Virus record (IMG/VR): IMGVR_UViG_3300013212_000088
Coordinates: 64,001-128,000 of that record
Length of the DNA stretch: 64,000 nt
Origin: a virus
Lineage: Duplodnaviria; Caudoviricetes
Reading direction: 5' to 3' (one strand)
Part shown: piece by piece, positions 1-8,663 of the stretch
Numbering within the stretch: position 1 is the first letter of the stretch
Layout: every line of letters starts with the position of its first letter
Position numbers and translations under genes: made by a program
Notes under the pieces: generated by a model
What the model saw: only the letters and a program-made list of their open reading frames with translations
Database searches by the model: none
What the model was told of the DNA's origin: nothing

Positions 1-1
1 G

Positions 2-649
2 TTCAATTCACCTGCCACATTAGGTTCATCTAATTTATATTTCTTAAGACAATATGAAACTTTGAAAAAAGCAAATTGTAAATGTGCAACAACAACTAAT
101 ATTGCAGATTTAAATAGTCCTCCAACTACAATTGACGGGTATGTATTGCAAGAGAATGACAGAATATTAGTAAAAAATCAATCTACAAATTCGCTAAATG
201 GAATATATTATCTTTTTAATAAGCAAACAAATACTTGGCTGAGATCTTCTGACTTATCTTCGGATTATCAGCTTGTCCCTCAAATAAGTGCTTACGTAGA
301 AAATGGTACTGCAAATGGTGATAAAGTATTTGTAATTGGTCTGTCAGATATTCCTAGTACTTCAACTACATATCCATACACAATTGGGACAAGTAATATT
401 TCTTGGACTGAATATTCTATCACATCTGCAATTACTTCAAATCCAGATTTGTGGACAGATTTACCTGACTCCAGAAACAATGCCGTTGATATGCAAAGTG
501 CTAAAATAAATGCTTATGGTTATTCACAAAGCAGTGATTTTGCAATTGCAGTATACATACCAGATATTACCGGAACCATGCTAGCTTTTAGCAATGGAAA
601 AGTAAGAAATCAAAAAATAAATGTAGAATATGATATAGCAAAAGATTAA
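2..649 (+). CDS. Tail fibre / virion structural protein, C-terminal part (5'-truncated)
   Basis: The frame is open from base 2 (FNSPATLGSSNLYFLRQYETLKK...), so the TTG at 62 is not the real start. It contains the common phage fibre module CATTTNI..TIDG..L.ENDRILVKNQ...NGIY...W.RSSD. Confidence 0.7.
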   Translation, partial: FNSPATLGSSNLYFLRQYETLKKANCKCATTTNIADLNSPPTTIDGYVLQENDRILVKNQSTNSLNGIYYLFNKQTNTWLRSSDLSSDYQLVPQISAYVENGTANGDKVFVIGLSDIPSTSTTYPYTIGTSNISWTEYSITSAITSNPDLWTDLPDSRNNAVDMQSAKINAYGYSQSSDFAIAVYIPDITGTMLAFSNGKVRNQKINVEYDIAKD

Positions 650-652
650 TAG

Positions 653-680
653 AAGGTTATAACATAAATACACTGTAATT
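653..680 (+). promoter_or_regulatory. Candidate phage-specific promoter (degenerate AAGG-N18-GTAATT)
   Basis: Partial match to the WAGG-N18-AGAATA motif seen upstream of other genes; intergenic, 35 nt before the ATG at 716. Confidence 0.35.
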
Positions 681-715
681 AAAATTATATCTTGATTATC
701 ATGTGAGAACTTAAA

Positions 716-1174
716 ATGCATAATATCGAATCAGAATTTCATTCACTCTTAGAGGAAATTACTCCGAACGCTCATTCAACAGACGAACAAGCTAGAATCA
801 TTGCTGAAGCTTCAGCAATATATAGTAAAATCTCTTCTAGAAGAATTGCGAAAAGAAATAATCCAAGATTGGTTGAAGCTCAAATGACTGAAGCTATTTT
901 ACAAGCTATGGGATCTGTTTCTAAATGGGATGAAAATTATGATCTTCCATTTGTAGATGCTCATGGGTTGTCTACCAACCAGATTCTAAGACAAGCAAGC
1001 AAAACCTCAATTACTAATTGGGGTACAAACAAAGTTCTTAATCCAGACTTATTAAAAGAAGATGATCAAGATGAAGATTTGTTTGATTTCAAGAATGGCG
1101 ACAATCAAGAACCAGATGCATTTACTGAAGAACCAAAACATAGAACAGATTTTCAATCAAACAATACTAGATAA
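716..1174 (+). CDS. Hypothetical protein (152 aa, acidic C-terminus)
   Basis: ORF coupled to the next gene by a TAATG overlap; no family recognised. Confidence 0.75.
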   Translation: MHNIESEFHSLLEEITPNAHSTDEQARIIAEASAIYSKISSRRIAKRNNPRLVEAQMTEAILQAMGSVSKWDENYDLPFVDAHGLSTNQILRQASKTSITNWGTNKVLNPDLLKEDDQDEDLFDFKNGDNQEPDAFTEEPKHRTDFQSNNTR

Positions 1175-1854
1175 TGAAAAGATTAAAGATTGCTCAAATG
1201 CCACCAACTGATCCTGCTGCAGGAGCAATGGGTGCTGCACCTCCAATGGACCCTATGGGTGGTATGGGCGGTGGAATGATGGGTGGCATGAATCCTATGA
1301 TGGGCGGAATGGGTGGACCTCCAACACTACCAACTGCCATGCCTGGTGCAACTGGTGTCACTCGTGAAGAAATTGGTTCACCATTAGACAGACTTGGAAA
1401 AATCCTATATGACGTTGATATCAATTCTCTTTTGTTAACTCAACTAGGAGACGATGTTGAAGACACTGCACTTTCAGTATGGTCGCTTTATGGCGGGGAT
1501 GAACAAGGTGTTGATGTTGTGGTAGGTCGTACAGGCAAAAGAATTAAGAGAAAAGATGTCTCTAAAGAAGAAGAAGAAGCTGAACAAGAAAGAACAGAAG
1601 AAAAAAGATGGGAAAGATTACCAGCTGGAATGTCAATTGCTGATATAACTTCTTTAGACAAAATGGTAAATCAAATTAGAGGAATTGCATCAAGCGCAGT
1701 TAAGAACGAACTTAAAGCTCAAGGTGCTGCAGCTGGAGGCGGAATGCCAATGGCTCACAGAAATAGAGATATTGTAAAAATTGCCAGAAAACTCGATTTA
1801 ATTGGATTTTATCGCTTGGCAGACACAATATCCTCAAAGCTAACTAAAATCTAA
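1174..1854 (+). CDS. Hypothetical protein with Met/Gly/Pro-rich low-complexity N-terminus; possible internal head protein
   Basis: Starts MKRLKIAQ, then a PPMDPMGGMGGGMMGGMNPMMGGMGGPP tract; ends IVKIARKLDLIGFYRLAD. Confidence 0.75.
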   Translation: MKRLKIAQMPPTDPAAGAMGAAPPMDPMGGMGGGMMGGMNPMMGGMGGPPTLPTAMPGATGVTREEIGSPLDRLGKILYDVDINSLLLTQLGDDVEDTALSVWSLYGGDEQGVDVVVGRTGKRIKRKDVSKEEEEAEQERTEEKRWERLPAGMSIADITSLDKMVNQIRGIASSAVKNELKAQGAAAGGGMPMAHRNRDIVKIARKLDLIGFYRLADTISSKLTKI

Positions 1855-1859
1855 AATCT

Positions 1860-1888
1860 TTGTTTTTTTAAGCCAAAATCGGTATAAT
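1860..1888 (+). promoter_or_regulatory. Sigma70-type promoter for gyrB-gyrA
   Basis: TTGTTT (1860-1865), 17-nt spacer, TATAAT (1883-1888), 55 nt upstream of the gyrB ATG, which has an AGGA SD. Confidence 0.6.
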
Positions 1889-1921
1889 GCTGTGGTAAGA
1901 TAAATTATCACAGCATTTTTT
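1886..1921 (+). terminator. Hairpin plus U-tract overlapping the gyrB promoter (terminator of upstream genes, or operator/cruciform)
   Basis: AATGCTGTGGTAA-gataaa-TTATCACAGCATT: 13-bp stem with one G-T pair, followed by TTTT. Confidence 0.55.
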
Positions 1922-1943
1922 AATGCCTGATTAGGAAGTTAAA

Positions 1944-4073
1944 ATGGCAAATCAATACAACGAAGACTCAATCCAGATTCTGGAAAGTCAAGAAGCAGTG
2001 CGTACTCGTCCTGCTATGTATATTGGAGATACTGGTAAAAGGGGTCTTCATCACCTTGTTTGGGAAATCTTAGACAATTCTGTTGATGAAAACATGGCTG
2101 GTCATTGTTCAAAAATAAATGTTATTGTATCCTCAGACAATAAAACATTAACAATAATTGATAATGGTCGTGGGATTCCAACAGCAGTAAAACAAGAAGA
2201 CCCTAAGAAAAGAAGCACTCTTGAAATTGTTCTTACCGAACTTCACGCTGGTGGTAAGTTTGGAGATGATGGATCTGGTTATGAAGCTGCAGGTGGGTTA
2301 CACGGTGTTGGTGCTTCCTGTGTAAACTTTCTTTCTTTAAACCTTACTGCAGAAGTTAGCAGAGATAAAAAGCTATATCAATTAAATTTTCAAAGAGGTA
2401 TCCCAGTTGAGCCTATTAAGGAAATTGGGACTTCTACGAGTACTGGAACTAAAATAATATTTACTCCTGACTTTAATATCTTTGGTCAGTTTGCAGTAGA
2501 AGATGCTTTTCGTGAGCATTTAGCTGATGATTTTGAAGTTGATGAAGTCTTTGCTGAGTGTTCCGGTAAGTGGCGCAAGGCTTTAATTAACGGAGAAGTA
2601 AATGGATCTGTATTTTTTGATATTTTCAAGTCAACAAAGGTAAGTGAAGAATCCTTAGATATCATTTATAAGATTTGGTACAAGCGCAGCAATGACAATA
2701 TTCACTTTGATGAAGCGGTATTATTACGCCGTCTACGTGAAACTGCTTATCTAAATGGTGGTTTAAAGATTGTCTATGATAACAAATATACTGGCAATAA
2801 AGAAGAGTTTTACTTTGAAGGCGGAATTGCTGATTATGTCAGTTATTTAGCATCAAACAAAACAGGCATTTTTCCAAGCAAACCATTTTTCTTTGACAAT
2901 AAAAGTGGAAAGGTTAATGTCCAAGTAGCCTTTCAGTATGCCGAAGACGATGATGAATCAATCTATACATATGCAAATAATATTAATACTGCAGATGGTG
3001 GAACTCACCTAAGTGGATTCAAGACTTCAATTACCAGAGTTGTAAATCAATTTGCTCGTTCATCTGGTGTTTTAAAAGAAAAAGAGCCAAACCTTTCCGG
3101 AGAAGACATCCGAGAAGGCATTGTTGCAATTATTTCGGTAAGGCTTCCACAACCACAGTTTGAAGGACAAACTAAAGGAAAGCTTGGCTCTCAAGAAGTT
3201 GAAGGTGTAGTAAACAAATTATTTTCAGAAGCTATTACTGAATATTTTGAGAAGAATCCAACAATTGTTAAGTCAATTGCAGAAAGAGCTTTAAGGGCTG
3301 CAAAAGCAAGAGCAGCAGCAAAGAAAGCATCTGAATCTATTAAGAGACAAGGCTTTCTTGGGCGATCTGGATCTCTACCAGGAAAGCTGGCTGATTGTAA
3401 TTCAGAAGATGCAACCACTACTGAGCTTTATATTGTTGAAGGCGACTCTGCTGCTGGATCATGTAAAGGTGGTCGAGAACCAGAATATCAAGCAGTTATG
3501 CCTATTCGTGGAAAGATCATTAACCCAGAGAAAAATGATTATGCAAAGTTAATGCAAAACGAAGAAGTAGCTGCAATTATTTCTGCTCTTGGCACTGGTA
3601 TTCGTGATGATTTCAATATCGAAGATCTAAGATATGGAAAGATTATCATCATGACTGACGCAGATGACGATGGAGCACATATTGCTGCACTTTTGATGAC
3701 TTTCTTCTATCGTTTTATGCGTCCTTTAATTACAGAAGGGCACTTGTATATTGCTAAACCACCACTTTACAGAGTAAGTGTGAAGAACCAGAAGTTTTAT
3801 ATTCACACAGATGCTGAACTTGAGGGGTATCGAAAGAAGTATGGTGATAAAATTGAAGTGACAAGATTTAAAGGTCTTGGCGAAATGGATGCTGATGAAT
3901 TAGGCACCACAACCATGGAAATTGGCAAACGTCAAATCATTAAAGTAAATATTGAAGATTTGGATGAAGCGTCAAGAATCTTATCAGTTTTAATGGGAAG
4001 TAATGTTGCTCCTAGAAAAGAGCATATTATTAACAAGTCTGCGCAACGTGTATTGGAGTTAAACAATGGCTAG
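1944..4073 (+). CDS. gyrB: DNA gyrase subunit B
   Basis: RPAMYIG, EILDNSVDE, DNGRGIP, HAGGKF, GGLHGVG, FEGQTK, TOPRIM VEGDSA, MTDADDDG, RFKGLGEM. Has an extra ~70-aa insertion after FTPDFNIF and lacks the E. coli-type 170-aa TOPRIM insert. Confidence 0.97.
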   Translation: MANQYNEDSIQILESQEAVRTRPAMYIGDTGKRGLHHLVWEILDNSVDENMAGHCSKINVIVSSDNKTLTIIDNGRGIPTAVKQEDPKKRSTLEIVLTELHAGGKFGDDGSGYEAAGGLHGVGASCVNFLSLNLTAEVSRDKKLYQLNFQRGIPVEPIKEIGTSTSTGTKIIFTPDFNIFGQFAVEDAFREHLADDFEVDEVFAECSGKWRKALINGEVNGSVFFDIFKSTKVSEESLDIIYKIWYKRSNDNIHFDEAVLLRRLRETAYLNGGLKIVYDNKYTGNKEEFYFEGGIADYVSYLASNKTGIFPSKPFFFDNKSGKVNVQVAFQYAEDDDESIYTYANNINTADGGTHLSGFKTSITRVVNQFARSSGVLKEKEPNLSGEDIREGIVAIISVRLPQPQFEGQTKGKLGSQEVEGVVNKLFSEAITEYFEKNPTIVKSIAERALRAAKARAAAKKASESIKRQGFLGRSGSLPGKLADCNSEDATTTELYIVEGDSAAGSCKGGREPEYQAVMPIRGKIINPEKNDYAKLMQNEEVAAIISALGTGIRDDFNIEDLRYGKIIIMTDADDDGAHIAALLMTFFYRFMRPLITEGHLYIAKPPLYRVSVKNQKFYIHTDAELEGYRKKYGDKIEVTRFKGLGEMDADELGTTTMEIGKRQIIKVNIEDLDEASRILSVLMGSNVAPRKEHIINKSAQRVLELNNG

Positions 4074-6585
4074 AAAACAAAAGAATATGGAAACAGAAGC
4101 ATTAGTAATTGCTGATGACTATGTAATCCAAAAAGAATTTATCGAACTTATCGATGAGCGGTTTACAAATTATGCATTTGCAGTTATGGAAGACCGTGCA
4201 CTTCCAGATGCAAGGGATGGCCTAAAGCCATCCCAACGTAGGACTTTAGTTGCAATGAACGATCTTAGCCTTCGTTCTACAGGCAAGACTAAGAAGTGTG
4301 CAAAGATTTGTGGTGACGTTTCAGGTAATTATCATCCTCACGGAGAAGCAGTGGTATATCCAACTCTTGTCCGTATGGCTCAAGATTGGTCATTACGATA
4401 TCCTTTGATTACACCTCAAGGTAACTTTGGATCACCCGCACCTGAAGATAAGCCTGCTGCTATGCGCTACACAGAAGCTAAGTTTTCTTCATTCGGTGAT
4501 CAAATGGTTTCTGAATTATCTGATCAAGTAGTAGATTATGTTTCTAACTACAATGATGAGTTAATGGAGCCGACAGTATTACCTTCGCTTCTTCCTAATT
4601 TAATTATTAATGGTTGTTCTGGAATTGCAGTTGGATGGGCTACTAACATGGCTCCTCATAATTTGCGAGAAGTAGCAAATCTTATTGATGCTTATATCAA
4701 GAATCCAGATATAACAGAAGAAGAAGTCTTAACTATTCTTCCAGGACCAGACTTTCCTCTACCATGTAAGATTTTGGGCACTGAAGGTGTTAAGAATTAC
4801 TTTACAACTGGACGAGGTACTGTTCAAATTGAAGGATACTATTCAATTGAGCAAGACAAGAATAATCAACAATATATCAAGGTTACTGCTCTTCCTTATG
4901 GTGGCAGTGCCGAAGGTTTTTGTAGAGAAATTAAAGAACTTGTTGAAAGTAAGAAAATTGAAGGCATTACAAACCTTAAAAATCTTACTAACAAAAGAGG
5001 AATGGACATTCGTGTTTGGATTGGTAAGTATGCAAACACAAATGTAGTTCTCAATTTAATTCTCAAGCACACTTCACTTCGAACAAACTTTTCTGTCAAC
5101 TCCACAGTATTGATGGCAGGCAAGAAGGTTGTTGAAAATGTTCCTATGATCAAGCTTGTAGAAGTTTTTGTAAATCATAGAAAAGAAGTACTTACAAGAA
5201 AATTCAATGCAGAACTTGCTAAAAATAATCGAAGAACTCATATTCTGGAGGGCCTTATTGGAATTACCTCTAAAATTGATTCGGTTATCAAACTTATCCG
5301 TGAAGCTGACAATAGGGAAATTGCACTCCAAGGATTAATCAGCGGTGGATTTGTCGTATCACCTGAGCAAGCAGATGCAGTTTTAAAAATTACTTTAGGT
5401 AATCTTACAAAGCTTGACACTCGTGCAATGAATGATGAGTTTGACAAGTTAAATAAAAGAAGCGATTGGCTTACAGAGCAATTGGCATCAGATAAGAAAA
5501 TGCTAAAGCTTATTTCCAAAGAGCAACTTGAATTAGCTGAAAAGGTTGGAGATGACAGACGTTGCGAAATAGTTGAATCTGTTGGAGCAATGTCAATTGA
5601 AGACCTTATTCCTGAAGAGCAAATCATTGTGTCTTTGACAAAGGACGGTTATATCAAGAGAGTTCCTTTGACAACTTTTAAAGCCCAAAATCGTGGCGGT
5701 AAAGGCGTTATTGGAGTGAAGAGCCGTGAAGAAGATGAAGCTTCTGATATCTTTTCAGGTTCAACTCACGACTTGTTCTTGTTCTTTACAAATCAAGGTA
5801 ATTTGTTGAAGAAGAAAGGACATGAGATTCCTCTTGCAACCAGAACATCAAAGGGTATGCATTTAGCTAACTTGCTAAATCTGAATCCAGATGAAAAGGT
5901 AGCATCGACTATCACTGTAAAGTCACTTGACATTGATGGCTTCTTTGTTATGGTCTCAAAAAATGGATTAATAAAGCGATCCGAAATCCGTGATTATAAT
6001 TCTTCCCTTCGCAAAAGAGGCCTTAAGGCAATTACTTTGGATGAAGGTGATGAGTTGGCCTTTGTAATGTCTACAACTGGCAATCAAGAACTCATGTTCA
6101 TTACCGCTGAGGGTATGGCTGCACGTTACTCTGAACAAATTGTAAGAGAAACTGGCAAAAATTCAAAGGGTTGCAGATCGATGATTCTTGAGCGTGGAGA
6201 CTATATCGCTTCAACATTAGTGCTCAACCCTGAAGACAATCCATCTATCCTTGTAATTACAGAGCAAGGTTATGGAAAGAAAACAGATGCTTCTATGTAC
6301 CGCTCTGCTGGTGGAAGATATGTTAAGGGTTTGAGGACCATTGATAATGTCAAGAAAACACGTAATGGCTTGATTGTTTCAGGCTTAGCGGTGACTGATG
6401 AAGATGATTATCTTGTGCTTACAACCAAGGGCAAGATGATTAGAAACAGAGTAGCTGATATCAAGTCTAAGGGAAGAACAACCATGGGTGTTCCTCTTGT
6501 AAGCTTAGATAATAATGACTCCGTTCAGTCAGTAGTTGTTGTAAAAGCTGACATTGAAGAGGAATTTCAAGACGAAGTTAGTTAA
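4066..6585 (+). CDS. gyrA: DNA gyrase subunit A
   Basis: RALPDARDGLKP, YHPHG, catalytic AAMRYTE (Tyr135), GyrA-box QNRGGKG, six C-terminal pinwheel repeats and an acidic tail; overlaps gyrB by 8 nt. Confidence 0.97.
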   Translation: MARKQKNMETEALVIADDYVIQKEFIELIDERFTNYAFAVMEDRALPDARDGLKPSQRRTLVAMNDLSLRSTGKTKKCAKICGDVSGNYHPHGEAVVYPTLVRMAQDWSLRYPLITPQGNFGSPAPEDKPAAMRYTEAKFSSFGDQMVSELSDQVVDYVSNYNDELMEPTVLPSLLPNLIINGCSGIAVGWATNMAPHNLREVANLIDAYIKNPDITEEEVLTILPGPDFPLPCKILGTEGVKNYFTTGRGTVQIEGYYSIEQDKNNQQYIKVTALPYGGSAEGFCREIKELVESKKIEGITNLKNLTNKRGMDIRVWIGKYANTNVVLNLILKHTSLRTNFSVNSTVLMAGKKVVENVPMIKLVEVFVNHRKEVLTRKFNAELAKNNRRTHILEGLIGITSKIDSVIKLIREADNREIALQGLISGGFVVSPEQADAVLKITLGNLTKLDTRAMNDEFDKLNKRSDWLTEQLASDKKMLKLISKEQLELAEKVGDDRRCEIVESVGAMSIEDLIPEEQIIVSLTKDGYIKRVPLTTFKAQNRGGKGVIGVKSREEDEASDIFSGSTHDLFLFFTNQGNLLKKKGHEIPLATRTSKGMHLANLLNLNPDEKVASTITVKSLDIDGFFVMVSKNGLIKRSEIRDYNSSLRKRGLKAITLDEGDELAFVMSTTGNQELMFITAEGMAARYSEQIVRETGKNSKGCRSMILERGDYIASTLVLNPEDNPSILVITEQGYGKKTDASMYRSAGGRYVKGLRTIDNVKKTRNGLIVSGLAVTDEDDYLVLTTKGKMIRNRVADIKSKGRTTMGVPLVSLDNNDSVQSVVVVKADIEEEFQDEVS

Positions 6586-6615
6586 TTATTAATTAACTTG
6601 TAAGGAATTAAGAAT

Positions 6616-7020
6616 ATGGCTAACGCACTTTACGACACTGGAAGAAATGCTTTTTTAAGAGGCGATTTGAGTTGGAATTCACATACGTTCAAGGTAGTCC
6701 TGCTATCTAGTTCATATACTGTCAATTTAGCTTCACATCAATACTTATCTAGCCTTCCTGGTGGAGCAAGGGTAGCCACTTCTATAGCACTTACTACATC
6801 ATTGCCAGGAGCCGGTATAGCAGATGCGAGTGACATAACATTTACATCTGTCACCGGCTCCCAAGTGACCCAATTTGTAGTTTATAGAGATACTGGTGTA
6901 GAAGCCTCATCTCAACTAGTTGCATATTTTGACACTGCAACAAACCTACCTATAACACCAAATGGGGGAGATATTTCCATCACTTGGTCAAATGACACTA
7001 ACAGAATATTTAAACTCTAG
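6616..7020 (+). CDS. Conserved phage virion structural protein (minor tail type)
   Basis: MANALYD.GR..FL.G...W....KV.L...D.TF..V.G...L.AYFD....PITPNGGDI.I.W...IFKL matches a widespread small phage structural family as I recall it; AAGGA SD. Confidence 0.7.
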   Translation: MANALYDTGRNAFLRGDLSWNSHTFKVVLLSSSYTVNLASHQYLSSLPGGARVATSIALTTSLPGAGIADASDITFTSVTGSQVTQFVVYRDTGVEASSQLVAYFDTATNLPITPNGGDISITWSNDTNRIFKL

Positions 7021-7028
7021 AGGCAGAA

Positions 7029-7277
7029 ATGGATTACACATCATATACTATTGAAGAATTAGTTAATCTTAAATTAGTGAAAGAAACTGCTTTAGAATTA
7101 GCAAAAGCAGACCTTGATGAGGTTGCAGATGCTTTGAGAGAAAAGCAAGTGAGTTTGGAGCTTGCTAATAAATTAAACTCAATGACTGCAGAAGAAATTG
7201 AGTTATTAAGAAATTACAATCCTTCAGCAATGACAGTTGGTAGTATTTTATCTCAAGAGGAAATTGGCAAAGTTTAG
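7029..7277 (+). CDS. Small coiled-coil protein ending in one copy of the repeat found in the next gene
   Basis: GAGG SD; heptad-like N-terminus; C-terminal TVGSILSQEEIG resembles the I.P.sI.S.E.F repeat. Ends in TAG in frame with the ORF at 7293. Confidence 0.7.
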   Translation: MDYTSYTIEELVNLKLVKETALELAKADLDEVADALREKQVSLELANKLNSMTAEEIELLRNYNPSAMTVGSILSQEEIGKV

Positions 7278-7292
7278 CCAATTATTTCTTCT

Positions 7293-8336
7293 ATGAGCGC
7301 AAATGATTTCTTAGCGCAATCAACTCCTCAAAGTATTGGCGCAACTTCTATACCATCTTCTGAATCATTTAATAGTCAGGCTTTATTGGCTTCTAAAAAG
7401 CTTTCTCCTACCGCAATAATCACAAGAGAAACTTTTCCAATTAACTTTAGAATTGCTAATATAGTTTTTCTTTATCCTAATTTAATTGAATCTTTAGAAA
7501 GCATACCTACTGATTTACAGCTAAATGTATTTAATGCTCGCACATATTTTAAGTTTAGCAATTCAATTATAAGTGAAGAAGTATTTGGCACTCCTACTAC
7601 AACTTCAATAACAGATGTATCGCTTAGCGCAATTGGATCAACTGAATCTTTTCCTACCCTAACGGTTAACTTCTTAGTAAACATTTCAATAGGAACAGGC
7701 ATATCATCTGCAGAGTCTTTACCAAACAATAATTTACTTAAATCTATTGGAATGTTACTTCATCCTAATAATATTTTTATAGGGCAAATATTTTCACAAC
7801 CAAGCATATATTTAGCTAGAAACCTATATCCTGGTTCACTTACTAGCTCTGAATTCATTACAAACAATCACTTAATTAATGGAATACAGCCTACAATTAG
7901 ATTTGTCCAGCAATATTCCATCAATTCTACTGAAACATTCAACTCCAATAATAGCTTTTCAATAACTCCAGCTCCGCCATCAATTATAGCAGCAGGGTTT
8001 ATTAAGTCATGGATTGCAGTAGTCAATTCTATGCTAGTAAATGTCTCAAAAAAAAACATCCTAGACGTTGATACAATAATTGAATATCAAAAAGTTGTTC
8101 AACCTCAATCAAGATATATCATTGATTCGTACACCAAGGCAAATAAAATTGAAGTTGATTATTATAAAAAACACTCAGTCACTTCATACATAACTATCGA
8201 AGAAGTTGAGATGGCAAGACAAACCAATGATAATTTAGAAAGTTATATTAAACAGAAGCACCACATTGAAAGCTATTTTGTAAGTGAAAATATTAACCTG
8301 CCAAAAGTTACAAGATATAAAATTGAAAAATATTAG
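7293..8336 (+). CDS. Repeat-containing virion protein (about 9-10 degenerate I.P.xI.S.E.F repeats)
   Basis: SIGATSIPSSESF, LSPTAIITRETF, LYPNLIESLESI, FSNSIISEEVFGTP, SLSAIGSTESFP, IGTGISSAESLP, LYPGSLTSSEF, VQQYSINSTETF. Confidence 0.65.
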   Translation: MSANDFLAQSTPQSIGATSIPSSESFNSQALLASKKLSPTAIITRETFPINFRIANIVFLYPNLIESLESIPTDLQLNVFNARTYFKFSNSIISEEVFGTPTTTSITDVSLSAIGSTESFPTLTVNFLVNISIGTGISSAESLPNNNLLKSIGMLLHPNNIFIGQIFSQPSIYLARNLYPGSLTSSEFITNNHLINGIQPTIRFVQQYSINSTETFNSNNSFSITPAPPSIIAAGFIKSWIAVVNSMLVNVSKKNILDVDTIIEYQKVVQPQSRYIIDSYTKANKIEVDYYKKHSVTSYITIEEVEMARQTNDNLESYIKQKHHIESYFVSENINLPKVTRYKIEKY

Positions 8337-8348
8337 GAGATAAAAGAA

Positions 8349-8660
8349 TTGCAATCACCAATTTACACAAATACTACTGTTAAAATCTACGCTAAAATTA
8401 AGGACGAAGATGGCAACCAAATTGATCCTGATGGCGTAGATTTCTTTATCACTCAACCAGGTATTGGGGCTACAACTATTCAGTATTCTTATGGAAATGT
8501 TGATGGTACAGTTCAAAAAACAGGTTCTGGATCAACTGCAGAATACTTTGTTGAATGGCTTACTGATGACCCTGGTAGATACAAATACACCTGGGAAACA
8601 ACAGGAACAGTTCAGACAGCATTTAAGAGTTTCTTTGAAGTAGAAAACTCAAGGTGGTAA
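8349..8660 (+). CDS. Ig-like/BppU-N-like small virion protein
   Basis: TTG start with AGGAG SD; the pattern VKIYAKIKDEDG..IDP..V.F.I..P...Y......PG.Y.Y.WE.TG is typical of phage Ig-like structural domains. Confidence 0.55.
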   Translation: MQSPIYTNTTVKIYAKIKDEDGNQIDPDGVDFFITQPGIGATTIQYSYGNVDGTVQKTGSGSTAEYFVEWLTDDPGRYKYTWETTGTVQTAFKSFFEVENSRW

Positions 8661-8663
8661 TAA

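Noticed and set aside
2484-2699. Intein in GyrB (and at the GyrA catalytic Tyr or in the helicase)
   Set aside because: No Cys/Ser N-terminal or His-Asn C-terminal splice motifs, the GyrB insert is too short for a mini-intein, and GyrA RYTE is contiguous.
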